From Lama glama (taxonomy: Eukaryota), in the NCBI GenBank assembly GCA_028534125.1, contig CM052817.1, forward strand, positions 80,230,001 through 80,293,784: a stretch of 63,784 bases of DNA, written 5' to 3'. A model generated the notes under the pieces. It did no database searches. It had not been told where the DNA came from and saw nothing but the letters and a program-made list of their open reading frames with translations. The first letter of the stretch is position 1. Every line of letters begins with the position of its first letter. Below are positions 39,040 through 52,350 of this stretch, one piece after another. The translations under genes were made by a program, and so were the position numbers.

Positions 39040-39165
39040 AAGTATCACTTCTTGAGAATTTACTATATATGTAGGTTCACTGAGACATGTATTATTCAGT
39101 CTTCCCAGCAATTCTCTGGCAAATACTTTCTCATTTTGTACATGAGGAAATTGATGCGCAGTGAG
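39040..39165 (-). mobile_element. MIR
   Basis: 'ctcattttgtacatgaggaaattgatgcgcagtgag'. Confidence 0.7.
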
Positions 39166-39187
39166 ATATATCCATTTGGCATACTGC

Positions 39188-39220
39188 TGTGTGTGTGTGT
39201 GTATGTATGTATCTATATAT
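39188..39220. repeat. (TG)n/(TATG)n microsatellite
   Basis: Read directly. Confidence 0.85.
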
Positions 39221-42200
39221 GTCTTTAGGAATGGCATTCTAGTGACTGAAGTGAATAATTTCAAGTGTATTTTATACAGTATTTCTTAATCCTTGGAGGT
39301 TTTTTCCTTTTTGGAGATTGCGTATGGATTATTTTTAATGATTTATAGTAGCACTTCAGAGCAATTTAGAATGATCCCAGTCTAGAAATGTCTGAAATAT
39401 TTGTAAGGAGTATAATACAATTTTATTATCTAGAATCCTGCAAACATATATTATGAATGTCAGTAGAAAAAGATATATTTGCTGTCTTTTTAATTTTGCT
39501 TTTGTAAAACAAAGCATTCTTCTTAAGTTGAAAAATAACCAGCGCATCTAATTTGAAAAAAATCATGTGTAAGTTACAGAAGGTTGTAGCTTTATATGTT
39601 TTATAATATGTTAAATGTTCTAGCAGCATTCAGAAACTCAAATGTTTGTAAGTATGGCCTGCTGTTTAGTTTCCCATGGTCCTTCACAGCCCCAGGTCCT
39701 AGAAACAAACAAACAAGACTTTATATAGGAAAAATTGAAACAAATTCAAAGTATGACCTATAACTTGAGGTATGAACTTGCTTAAACTGTAGTTACATCC
39801 TGCTAGTTCATGAATTTTCAGAATACTGTCGCTAATTGTATAAGTAGAGTCTAGCAAGAAATAATTCCAGAGAGAATCAGTGAAGTGTCAAAAAGACAAA
39901 TGAAAAAGGATGAAATTTACTCAATTTTAGAACCAGGAAATGTTAGACCTTAAAGAGACCTTAGAGGTGATCTTAGCCTGCCTCCCAACTAGGGAGGTGG
40001 AAACTGGTTTTATCATGTAGAGAAAGTCAAGAGCTATACTCGAGGGATCAGAAACTGAGGGAGAGTTTTCTAATTGAGCCCTTTTCTCTCCTCCATAGTG
40101 CCCTGTAATTGCTCACCCTGTTTTTAGTATAAGGCAAGAGAGTAGCAGTCTAGTGCCAGCTAGAGGCAGACAATAGCAAAACCTGCTCAGCTTAGATAAT
40201 GAAACGTGTTCTTCTTGAAAGAGTCCTTTCCATTCTTAGAGTCAGAGAAACTGATGCTGGAAAGGACCTTAGAGCTAATTAGTCTATGTAGCAAGGGGAG
40301 TGGGAGTTAAGAGAAGATCAGACTGACCATACCCCCATGAACATACACACAGGGCTATAGGTTTCTCAGATATACCTGGAAGCCTTTTCACAGACACACA
40401 CACCCTCACCCACCTCTGTCACTGTAGCATTATTAGGGCAGTGGGCCTCTGTGTTTAATGAGACCGAGTAGGATCACCTCTGGTGTCTTAAGGCAGAAAA
40501 TGGGTTGAAAACCACTGACTGTCCAAATTCTTATATTATACACATGATCATTAAACCTTTGAAGAGATAAAATGACTTGTCCAAAAGCACTGAGGCAGAG
40601 AAAATAGTAAACCTGAACCTCAGATCAGGTGATTCTTTATTTCTTTTGGACTTCAGAAATATTTGGGAGTCCTCTTAGAATTCATCTGTGGCAGTGTACT
40701 TATAATTAGAGGTCAATCTCAGGAATTTCAGAGCAAATGATATATTATCTGTGTGTGGAGAGGAGGGGATACTTACAGTTTTTATGTTAGTGCAATTTTT
40801 TATGAACTCTCAGGATAAAGGCTAGAGTTTACTAAGCTATTAATTTACTGAGGCATAACAATAATAGAGATGAATAAAACATCTTCTCAGTATTTCGTCT
40901 TTCTCCTTCTTGACAAGTGAAGTTCCAGGTGTGGTAATACCTATTATGTAGTGGCTCCGCGAAGAAGATCAAGGCCAGAAATACAGAGTGCATAGGCAGT
41001 ATATAAACATGCTTATTGTTGCATCATGTCAGTGGAGGAAAATACAGAAAGTACATTTGAGCACAATAAATCTCTCCTAAAGAAAGCATTACTTGCTACA
41101 ACCTGTCTGCGGCAATCAGAGGAAGGAAGTCAGCAAGAAAGGGAAAAAATGCCAAGTTGCAAGTGCCAAATTGTCTCATCACTTGCAACTCAAGAAGAAG
41201 AAAAGATTCCTATAACTCAAAATAAGGTTCACAATTAGCAGCTAAAATTACAATAGTGTGCTAGATTTTAGAATCTTATCTTTCCATATTTTCCCCTACC
41301 AATAAAGGTGATCTTTATCCAGATACCAATTATAAAAACCACAGAAGATATGTGCTGAAAGAGACTTAAGTCATGTCAAACCGTCTTATTTTCAGATGAG
41401 GTAGCACGGATCAAAGAACATTATTTGACTCCTAGACCAGTGTTCTGTCCATTAGACTGAATTGTGAAGAATAATTCTAACCAAATCTCTTTCAAATTCC
41501 AGGTAAATCATGCCCCACCAAAAGTGTGTGTCTTTTTTATTTGATTATAGCTATTAAGTGGTTCTGAGGAACTAATTCTGAAGGATTTGCAGATATTATT
41601 TAGTAGTCTTTTGTAAAGGTTTTGACAAGTTTTTAATCTGATATTCTGATCCATTTGGGAGCTACGAAATACTGTTTTTGAAAGTCTCGTTTCCCACTTA
41701 ATTACAGTTTTGAAAAAACAGTCATGATTCTGTGGGGTGAGTGTTTGGGATACATAGGAACCAAGTCAGATTGATTGTAAGGTGTATCATTATTTTATAG
41801 ATTACTAAGGATGAAGAAATGTGCTTCTTAGAATCATTGGAGGTAGTCTGTTAGGAAAGGTACGGACCTTTGGAAGGGGAGGAAGGAGAATGACGGTAGG
41901 AGTGCCAAGTGGAGCCTGGTCGCAGGGTGGATGACCCTGGCTGAGGCAGCCTTCCCTGGGAGCAGGGGGAGTGAATTGCAGATCAGCAGCACCTGGGGCT
42001 AAAGGGTGAATGGGGCTGAAAACAGTGAGAACTGTGCCCAGACCAGAGTCCCAGCCCCCTGGGTCTGTTCAGTAGTGAACAGGGGAATGTATCAGAAATT
42101 GAGTCTTAACAATTTAAATGGGAGAGCAACTGTCAAAATCTTTGAGACTCTCTTAGGATTTAGAAGACAAGTTAAAGGATTGAATACCAGCCTAAAGCAA

Positions 42201-43024
42201 GTGAACCTTATTTTTCAGTCAATAATAGGCTTCTGAAAAGGAGCAAAATAAAGTTAATGTTTTAAGGAGATTAATCTAACAAGGATGTGAATAATTATAA
42301 TCTGCCAGAAATCTTGTCTCCTCCGCCATTCCCCCGTTAGCAAGTACTCTCTCTGGAGAAATAATATTAGTGTGATGACTAGTTTTTCTTTCTTTCCATC
42401 CTTCCTCCTTTCTATTTTTCCAAGTTGTACTACTTTATTGAGAAAAATCTAAGTCCTACATATGGTAGTAAAGAAGCTAGTAGTTACTTACATGAGATTT
42501 TACCTACCCTCACCAGTAAACTAAAACAGCATTCAGTACATCCTTCAAAAAAAAATGATTCATTTTGGGTGGAGTACAGACTTGCCCGTAGTCATCCGTT
42601 TTACTGCAGGCAAAATACACACCTCTTCCTGAAAACACAGACAACACAAATTACTGTGGCCAACTTCTTGCATTATCACTTTTACATCAGCTCATAATCA
42701 CCTAATGCTACTAATGTAAACACCCTTTCTAAGCACTAGGCTTCCTTTGGTAGTATTCTGGGATAACCTCTCATTCTAGTCTGCTTTGACATTTCTTCTT
42801 CCTACAAAATTCTCTAATCTCTAACAGTGTATTTTATCACCTTCATCATCTCTGTGAACAAGAAATTGCCTAGTTGTTTGCTGCTAAATTCCTACTTCTT
42901 TTAAGAATCAGAGCTCTGATCGTTCACAGCAGAGATTTGGGCTTCCATGCGTAAAGCAATGCTTCCTTCCTCCCTTCCTCCCTTCTTTTCTTCTTAAAAA
43001 AGACTTTAATCTTCTCATTGTATT

Positions 43025-43155
43025 GTCCACTCCTTGAAAGCAAGGACCATATATCTCAAAAGCTTCAGATTTATATCAGATTTATATCTCAGAAGCTTAG
43101 CAGAATGCCTTGTGCATAACAGATAGTCACTAAATATTTGTTGAATTGATTGATT
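43025..43155 (+). mobile_element. L2 3' end
   Basis: 'ctccttgaaagcaaggacc...cttagcagaatgcctt...taaatatttgttgaattga'. Confidence 0.75.
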
Positions 43156-43164
43156 GGTTAGATG

Positions 43165-43790
43165 ATGAGGATTTATATCATACGCTAGCTAAAATGTTTG
43201 TACTCACCATGCACAGTATTGGTTTAATAAGATATATCCTCCAGCCTCAAGATTGGAATCTAATATGAAACCCAAGAAACACAACTGATTTGGAGACAAG
43301 GAAGCATGAAGTAGTGCTCTAAAAAGAGGGTCAAGAACATTAGAAAGGACAGATTGCTTCCAGCAGGGGTGACTGAGAGATAACAGTTATGCTATATCTT
43401 GGGAAAAGAATGATATTTCAGGAGGCAGATGAGAGGAGTAGGCAGGCATTCCGTATGGAACTATAGCAAAGGACACAGACATGAAAACAAGGAATGTATC
43501 TGGAGAATGGTGAATATTCTAATTTGCATGGCTGATACAGCTGGGCCAGTGAGATAAAATCACATCTAGGAAGAGTTCAGACTTTAATAGGCTGTGAAGA
43601 GACATAATTTCTGAGTAGAAGAAAGGTACTATCATGAGATTTTAGGAAGATTAATCACTGCTCAGGCTGGATTAGAAAAGGTAGAAACAACAGGCTAGGG
43701 TAAAGGGTTATAATAGTTCTTTGGGAGAGGAATTTAAGACACAAAGCTAAACTAAATCAAAGAAAGAGAAGGATATATGTGAGTGATGTT
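43165..43790 (-). mobile_element. L2 fragment
   Basis: 'aggcattcc...agcaaaggacacagacatg', 'ttttaggaagattaatc'. Confidence 0.6.
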
Positions 43791-43814
43791 TTAATGTATA
43801 AAGAAAAAAAGTAT

Positions 43815-44370
43815 CTCACTCTATTGCATATTAGTCAGTTTGCATTTGGATCACCACATTTTAAGAGAAACACTAGCCAGCCAAGGTAAATCCATTGGAG
43901 AGTAATCAGGATTTAGATGGGAGGGAGGGGAAAGGGCCTGCAAACTGTGAGTTCCTGATTAATCAGTAGGGAAAAGAAAACACTCTGAAGAAGAGGTGTG
44001 ATAGACAGCTTCAGTTAATCCAAAAGGCTGTCATCTAGAAAAGGTGACTATGTTCTTATTGTGTTACTCCAGAGGGGTAAAAAGAGGTACTAAGCTATAT
44101 CCAGAAGAGTGTAACCTCGATGTGAAAGCATTTGGAAACCATGTGACACAGGAAGAATAACTGAAATACTTTTAGAGGTTTAATTTATAATAAATAAAAC
44201 TTGTAAGGAACTTGAGCACTGTTTTCAAATATATGAAAAGTTGGCTATGTGGAAATGGAACTTATAAACAGATTCAGTTAACTCCATACGTCTCCATTTG
44301 TAAGTTACAGATAAGCAGCTTTCTCTTTAACATAAGGAACATACTATCAAATTGTAGTAGGCCATCCAGC
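43815..44370 (+). mobile_element. L3/CR1 fragments
   Basis: 'accacattttaagaga', 'aaggctgtcatctagaa', 'ctgttttcaaatatatgaaaagttggctatgtggaa'. Confidence 0.55.
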
Positions 44371-44395
44371 AGAAATATTATAAAAAGTATGTTAG

Positions 44396-45951
44396 CTGGA
44401 GGATTAACCCTCCCAGACTTCAGACAATACTATGGAGCTACAGTAATCAAAACAGCATGGTGTTGGTACAAATACAGACATATGGATCAATGGAACAGAA
44501 TAGAGAGCCCAGAAATGAACCCACAAACTTTTGGTCAGTTAATCTTTGACAAAGGGGGCAAGAACATAACAGTGGAATAAAGACAGTCTTGTAAGCAAAT
44601 GGTGTTGGGGAAACTGGACAGCAGCATGTAAATCAATGAAGTTAGAGTACTCCCTCATACCATACACAAAAATAAACTCAAAATGGCTTAAAGACTTAAA
44701 CATAAGACAATACACAATAAATCTACTAGAAGAAAACTTAGGCAAAACATTATCTGACATACATCTCAAAAAATGTTCTCCAAGGCAGTCTACCCAAGCA
44801 ATTGAAATAAAAGCAAAAATAAACAAATGGGACCTAATTAAACTTACAAGCTTGTGCACAGCAAAGCAAATCATAAGCAAAACAAAACGACAACCTGTGG
44901 AATGGGAGAAAATACTTGCAAAAGATGAAACTGACAAGGGCTTGATTTCTAGAGTATATAAACAGCTCATATGAGTTAATAAGAAAAAACCAAACAACCC
45001 AATCCAAAAATGGGCAAAAGACCTAAACAAGCAATTGTTTAGGACAGTGAGGACATACAAATGACCAATAGGCACATGAAAAAATGCCCCAAAAATATCA
45101 CTAATTATCAGAGAAATGCAAATCAAAATTACAATGAGGTATCACCTCACACCAGTCAGAATGGCCATCATTCAAAAGTTCCACAAGTGATAAATGCTGG
45201 AGAGGGTATAGAGAAAAGGGAACCCTCCTACACTGTTGGTGGGAATGCAATTTGGTGTAGCCATTGGGGAAAACAGTATGGAGATTCCTCAAAAGACTAA
45301 AAACAGACTTACCATATGACCCAGTAATTCCACTCCTGGGTATATATTCAGAGGGAACCCTACTTCAAAAAGACACCTGCACTCCAATGCTCATAGCAGC
45401 ACTATTTACAATAGCCAAGACATGGCAACAACCTAAATGTCCATTGACAAATAACTGGGTAAAGAAATTGTGGTATATTTTTACAATGGCATACTGCTCA
45501 GCCATAAAAAATGATAAAATGCCATTTGCAGCAACATGGATGGCCCTGGAGAATGTCATTCTAAGTGAAGTAAGCCAGAAAGAGAAAAAAAAAATACCAT
45601 ACAATATCACTCATACATGGACTCTGAAAGAAAAAAAAAAACAAATGAACTTATATATAAAACAGAAACAGACTTATACACATAGCATACAGACTTGTGG
45701 TTGCCAGGGGGAAAGGGGGAGGGAAGGGATAAACTGGGAGTCTGAGATTTGCAAATACTGACTGGTATATATAAAACAGATAAACAAGTTTATACCATAG
45801 AGCACAGGGAAATAAATTCAGTATCTTGAAGTACCTTACAGTGAAAAAGAATATGAAAATGAATAGATGTGTAATCATGTATGATTGAAGAATTGTGCTG
45901 TACACCAGAAATTGACACAACATTGTAAACTGACTGTACCTTGATTTGAAA
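44396..45951 (+). mobile_element. Young camelid L1, 5'-truncated (about 1.55 kb), frameshifted ORF2 C-terminus plus 3'UTR, with TSD
   Basis: ORF pieces [12 protein letters not shown]...[22 protein letters not shown] and [13 protein letters not shown]...FAATWMALENVILSE; TSD AAAAAGTA(T/C)GTTAG at 44382-44395 and 45952-45965. Confidence 0.96.
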
Positions 45952-46249
45952 AAAAAGTACGTTAGAAGTGACAAATGTTTTTAAAGGAGCAAGTTAATAG
46001 CATCCATTGGATGTATTTTATTAGTATGTATCTCTGTTATCAGAGGATAAAGGAAGAAGAATCAGTGGGCCCACCAATGTCTTAGAAGTTAATTTCCATA
46101 CTATTTACTTATATTATTGAATGAGTAGTTCAGAATTTATAGCTCTAAGAGAAGCAAAAACAAAGAGAAAAAAGCAAATAAAACAAATAAGGAAGTTGAC
46201 GTATCCATTATCAATAACAAAATCTCTTTCTTAAACTGCATACCAAATA

Positions 46250-46500
46250 AGGAGGTGTGGCCTATTGGAAGAAGCAATGGGTTGACACAAAGCATACAAG
46301 AATTTGAAGCCAATTCTGCTGCTTACCAGCTATTTTAACTTTGGCATATTATTTGGCCTCTCTTGGTCATGATTAAATCATCTGTAAAATAGGGATCTAA
46401 TTACTCTCTTTCAGGGTTATTATAAAGATTAATAATAGTGTTTATTCAGTACATAGAAAAGAACCCAGAACATATTTGATATTAAAAAATACCAACTATT
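46250..46500 (+). mobile_element. MIR
   Basis: 'catctgtaaaatagggat...cagggttattataaagattaa'. Confidence 0.7.
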
Positions 46501-46549
46501 AAAGTTATCTGAAAAGGTTTTAAATAAGCATACTACATAGACAGAAAAT

Positions 46550-46790
46550 GGTAAGAAGGAAAGAACATGGGCTTTGGAGTCAGACTGAACTCACTGAAGC
46601 CTAGTTCAGTCACTTCATTAGCAGTATATCCATAGCAACCTGTTTAACCAATATGAACACAGGTTCTTTATCTGTAAAATGAGAACAATACTTATCTACT
46701 CTACAGGTTCAGAATATTAAATTATGTCATGTTTATTATTTCTGTGTTAGCAGATTCAGGTATGTAGTAAAACCTGAGTTAATTTCATTT
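46550..46790 (+). mobile_element. MIR
   Basis: 'aagaacatgggctttggagtcagact...tatctgtaaaatgagaacaata'. Confidence 0.8.
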
Positions 46791-47269
46791 CATTTCCTCA
46801 AATGTATGAACAGGCAGTACCCAACTCATGACCTGTTAATGGTATTTTACAGACTTAGATGGACTGGAAGTCCTGGCTGGGCTCCACAGTCCCGGAGGGA
46901 AGGAAGAGCTGTTACTGTTTGCCAGTGCCAGCTTCTGGTACTGATTCATGTAATGGACTGCCTTCTATTATGCAACCCTTGAAAGGAAATATCTAAGTTT
47001 TAATAGATGAAGAGAGGATAGAGACTCAAATCTGGTTTTATCCAGAAGTAGAGTTTGTTTCCAACACCCAGACACACTTCTGTAACTCCTTCTCTCTAAA
47101 CCTTATCTAAAACTTCTGAAGCTTTACCTTTTCCAGAAACATAGAGCAATCAGAGGAGAGATTTGAAGTCTACCACTTACACCTGGGATTCTACCCTCTC
47201 ATCTTCAGCAATGTTATAGTCAGCTTATATTGACTGTTTCTTATTATTGAGCTAGTTTACTTTCTTCTT

Positions 47270-47642
47270 TCTGTCTGCAAATTTACCATGATGCTCTTCT
47301 TGTCTAGAAAGCCACCTGCTCTGGGCTCTTATGTAATTCTGAGCCACACTTGAAGAATCATCCACAGTTCCGCCCCCTCTGTGGCCTCTAGTGCCCCTCC
47401 AGCCCGTGGTATTTCCCTCACCTTCATCTCTCTCAGCCCCTACTCTGACTTCACGTTTTCACACTTATTTTCTGTTTTGAGTTCTTCTCTAATTATTTTA
47501 TTGTGTAATTAATTTTCCCCAATAGAAATGTAAGCCCTTGAAGGGTAGAAAACTGTATTACCATCTTTCTATTATGTTCCCCATTGTGCCTAGCAAAAAT
47601 GTAGTTGTGCATGGTAAATGTTTGATTAAAGTTGATTGAATT
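47270..47642 (+). mobile_element. L2 3' end
   Basis: 'tagaaatgtaagcccttgaagggtag...gtgcctagca...taaatgtttg'. Confidence 0.7.
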
Positions 47643-48119
47643 GCTTAATTTTAGATATTTGTTGAGGTCTCCGCCAACACTTAATTACTTTGTTCAGTTA
47701 ATCTACCTTTGAAAATTTTCTTAGCATTTCTGATTTATTTTCATAATTGGAAACACTTTGAGATTTCATAACTAGGAATCACTTAGTAAAAAAAACCAAC
47801 TAAGTGCTCTAATAACTTGTCCAGTTTTCTTTCTCCTGGATATGATATTAAAGAAAACAATAAATGGCACTTCTACTTATTTAATGATTCTGTAATTCTG
47901 AATATATGTTTAATGGCAATAAGAATATAAAGTTTGAAGGTTTTTTTAGTGTATCTGAAAAGTATTAAAATTTTCCTTTTCACTGAATATATAGATGATT
48001 ATAACCCCTGATAAACGTGGGATTTTCATTTTCACTTCACTTTAAGAAAAATCTTATCTGGAGAGTCCTATAAAAAAGTATGTTGGGGTCTAGAAAAATT
48101 CTTAGTTTAAAAATAATAA

Positions 48120-48392
48120 ATTATACAACTTCATTTATATGAAATATCCAGATAAGGCAAATCTGTGGAGACAAAAATCAAAACAGTAGTTGTCTGGGAC
48201 TGGGGTTGGGAGTTGCCTGGGGGATTAATTGTAAATAGGCATAAGGCAGCTTTTGGGAACATTGAAAATATTCTAAAACTAGATTATGGTAAAGGTTGCA
48301 CAGCATGATAAATTTACTAAAAAGAATTGAATTATATACTTAATATTGGTGAATTTTACAGTATGTAAGTTCTTCGGTAAAGTTGTTAAAAA
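48120..48392 (+). mobile_element. L1MB7/8 or L1ME1-type 3' end
   Basis: 'tcatttatatgaaatatccagataaggcaaatct...ttctaaaactagattatggt...ggtgaatttta'. Confidence 0.85.
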
Positions 48393-51300
48393 TACCTTAC
48401 GAGATTACACAGTTAAATTTTATAATAAATTGCCCAAAGTGATAATATTTCCATTTTGAAAGGCAAACATGTTGATTCATATTACTTCATTAGAAAAACT
48501 AATTATGGCTACTCTTTAATTGTATTGATACATGTAACATCCATGAAATTCAGATGATTTCCCACTGATATCTATGATTTTCAATTTTGAAAATAATAAA
48601 TTATTACTTGCCTTTTGAAATCAATATATACTACCAGAGTTGACCATAGAAGTGACTTTTTTTCCTAAGGATGTTTTAATTTTTCATATGTGTCTAAGAT
48701 TAAATTTGAAAGATGTTCACATAGGGGAAAATTCAAATTTAGTAAACTATAAACTTTTGACAATGGAAGGTTGAATCTACTAGGTTAAATATCTGCTCAT
48801 CTCTGCTACCGTACTTTTGCTAAATAAAGTTACATTTTAGAACCTGGCACGTTAATGTATACCAAAGTTATGAATTCTATTAGGAGAAAAGACAGAGTAG
48901 TCTCCAGTTTCCCTTAAGTAAAGCTTGTTTATAAAAAGATAATAATCATAAGGAATTAATTGAATATTACTTCAAATGGGGGATAATTATACATGAAATA
49001 TTTTGGGTATATATTTAGGAGTCATTTAAAATATAATAAGCATTATATCATTTTGTAAGTCTCTTTAGTTTTGGTTAGAAAAAAGCCAGAGATTCCTTTT
49101 CTAGATACTAAAAGCTATAAATATTATTAATTTGTGTCTGATAGCTCTTTGTATAGAAAAGGGAAAATTGGTATTACCATAAATATGCTCTGTTCTTCAA
49201 ATGAGTGGTTGAAGGTAATTGTAGGTGATTGGGATTTCACTCTGTTTCTGGTTATCATGTTTAAAATCTTATGACACGATTTGTTTTAGAGTAATGCTTG
49301 TTTGCAGTTAAGTACATCCATTAGCGGTAAGCTGGTTAAACAGTACCTGTCCTCAGTTGGTAAATGTCTACTTGGATAATGGTAATGCAGTAACAATCTG
49401 GATATAGAAACTACAGAATTAAATCTGTGCTGATGAAATAGAAACTGTCTTCAGTTTAAAACTATCAGAGGGTTGCACGTTCAGTGGGGGTTGGGGGAAG
49501 ACAAAGTAATAGGCTGCTTCTTACTAGAAGTAGTGAAGAGCTCTTCCATTCCTTGAATGACCTCTTAAAAGGTGACTTTTTTTCATCTTAGCTTTCAATC
49601 CTTGCTTATCCTTGCTTATATGATGAAAATAAAGTGAGGAACCTAGAAATATGGGTTTAGTAAATTCTCATTTTTATATTAACATGGAATAAGATTTTAA
49701 TCAATAAGTGCCTGATGGGGGAGAGAATTTATATTTAGTACCAACCTGTGGTGTGCCTATATTTAAAATTATTAATCCTCACAATAACCCCATATATCCA
49801 AGGAGGATTGGTACCTTGTCTAGGGTCATACAATCCCAAAGAGATGGAGCCTACCTTGAGCCTTGTTCTATCTGACTGTAAAATCATATTCTTTTCCTCT
49901 TAAACAAGCAGATATGTATGGTATATGCAGCATAATGTAAAATAGATATGAAAGAGGTAACTGCCAGTATAGTATGGTTTCTAGTTGGTGCCAAATGAGT
50001 GGCACAAAGAAAGGAGAAGTTGCTCCAGAGTGGAATAATCAGGAAAAACTATAGAGGATACAACCTGAATTGGACTGTGTACTCTGGGTAAATTGTCACT
50101 AGATAGAGATACTGGCCATAGGCGGAGTAAAGAAAGACTAAGGGATTTTGGAAGATAGTTGTTAGTATGTGTTTGAAAACAAAAGGGAAGATGGGCTCTG
50201 GGCTACTTAAGGGCACAGTCTCAGTTATTGGTGTCTCAGTACTTAGCACAGTGCCTGATACCCAAGTAGATGCTTAAAAATGTTTAAATGGTGCATCCAC
50301 GTTGAATTTGAATTTGTTGAATTGAAAACATTCTGAGAGATGAAAAACATAATTAAGAGCGTATAGTCTTGCATTGTTGGAGGTAGCAAAATGAAGAGTG
50401 CTTTTCCCCAAGTTGTTAGCCTGGTGTGGGGGTTATGGGGACTGGGAACGGGCAGGAATGGGGAAAAGGAAGAAAGAGAATGAGCACAAGTCAACTTTCC
50501 CTCTGATTTAGAATAATGGGTCTAAAAAGGGAAGACTTTTGAGGTCATGAGCAAGGCTGATGAAAGAGTTAACAACTGTTTCCCTTAGCCAATTTCTGGA
50601 GACTGACTTGAAGCTTTGAGGAGAGTAGGAAGGATTTGGATTAGCCATCAAGGCAAGGGCAGATGGGTTCATAAGACTAGCCATGTAGCAAGCAGCAAGG
50701 ATCTAGTTGGAATTTGAGAATTAAGTTTGGATTATGTTTATAGGTTTTTCTGTTTTCTTCTCAGAAATCTGAGGTGCAGTGCAGAGCAAATAGTTCTGCC
50801 TTAGTATTTACCATTCCAAGTCTAACATTTGTAATCATATCAGATTCCATACTTTTTTCAGGTCATGGGATCTGGCTGCAAATGTATCCCTAGGCCTTTG
50901 TGCAGGGTTCGAACAGTGTGTAAGAACAAAGTTAAAATATTCCTCTAAACGATTTCTCTCAAATGTGCTTAGAAAAGCTTTGGGTCACACAGCTCAAGTA
51001 GCAGAGCTGGTAAAACGATTTGGTGGGAAAAGCTAATGGGTTCATTTTTGCAGTTCTAATGATTGTAGTATTTTTAGTAGTTATGATGTGGAGCTCTGTC
51101 CTTCCTATCATCTAATTATAATGTGCAAGGGCTGATTGCATGTGCTCTTTGACTACCCTCCTGGCACTAAGAACCATAAACAAAGCTGCAGGCACTAATT
51201 ACCTCCTTTTCCTAATCTGAATTTTGATGTGCTTTTGAACTAGTAAATCTTCCAGCATTCTCAGAGGGCTTCCCCTACTATTGGAAAAACTTTTACTTCC

Positions 51301-51939
51301 CCTGAATTCAGTGGACTAGATTCTGAATTAAAGTTTTTTTTGAGAAGTTTTTGATGCTTATAATTTTATAGTGGCACGAATAAGTCAATGTGTCTTTTTT
51401 TGTTTTTATATATCCAAACCAGCACTGCCTGCATATGAGGAGATAATTAGAAAAGTTTACTCTTAAGATACTCATGAGATGTGTTTGCTTTTGATGGAAA
51501 ACAAGGAGACAAAGAGGCTTCATCTTGTCTATTGATGGTTAGAGTCTGTCTGTAACTAATCAATAACATGATCCTTTATCTCTTTTTGATGTGCTAGTAC
51601 CTTAATTTCTTATGGTAATACTAAGAAAGTAGAAAGAATAAAAATTAACTTTGGGTTTATATCAGCTGAGAGGAAGGTGATTCACTATTGCTGAGCAGAT
51701 ATGAAAAATGACAATCTCTTTTTGGTTAAAGAACCAGGGAACACTTTTGGCTAATAACTTTGCAATGAATGAGATTTATTAGCTTGAAGGATAGAACTAT
51801 TGTTTTTCTCCCAAGTCTTGATCAAGAGAGTATATGGTCTTATATAAAAATAAGGATAATTTAGTTTATGATTTTTCTTCTTTTTTAAACATTCAATTCA
51901 TTAAAATCTTTCTCACTCCTTTTTAAAATGATTATTATT

Positions 51940-52110
51940 TGTTATGTGACTTGGACGTCTCACTCTACATCAACTTCCTTATCCTTAAAATGGAGTTATT
52001 AACCTACCTGTTTAACTGGGCCGTTGTGAGGATTAAATAAGATCATATCTTTGTAATGATTAGAATGACTAGAACAGTACCTGATAATTACTTAGTGAAT
52101 ATTAGCTTTT
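51940..52110 (+). mobile_element. MIR
   Basis: 'ttgtgaggattaaataagat'. Confidence 0.7.
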
Positions 52111-52149
52111 GTTTTCAGTTAAACCAATATGGCTTCAGCCACACTGGCA

Positions 52150-52350
52150 GGGGTCATATTCTAGCTCTGTCTGCCCTTTACTAGGCATGTGACCTTAGGG
52201 AAGTTACTTAACCTCATTTTCCACATCTTTAAAATGGAAGTAATATTAATGCCTACCTTAAAGATTTTTGTGAAAATTAAATGAGTTAATTAATGCATGT
52301 TAAAGTGCTTAGAACAAACTGGCACGTAGTAAGCCTATTATTATAGTTAT
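52150..52350 (+). mobile_element. MIR
   Basis: 'gtgaccttagggaagttacttaacctc...aaagtgcttagaaca...ggcacgtagtaagc'. Confidence 0.88.

Noticed and set aside
44539..45126. Longest ORF (195 aa, - strand)
   Set aside because: It is the antisense frame of L1 ORF2, a well-known spurious ORF
44212..45761. L1 ORF2-like ORFs as a functional CDS
   Set aside because: 5'-truncated, lacks the endonuclease and RT core, and is broken by frameshifts and stops
47369..47387. Second CTCF-like motif (- strand ggccacagagggggcgg)
   Set aside because: Spacing is off by one base from the core, and it lies within an L2
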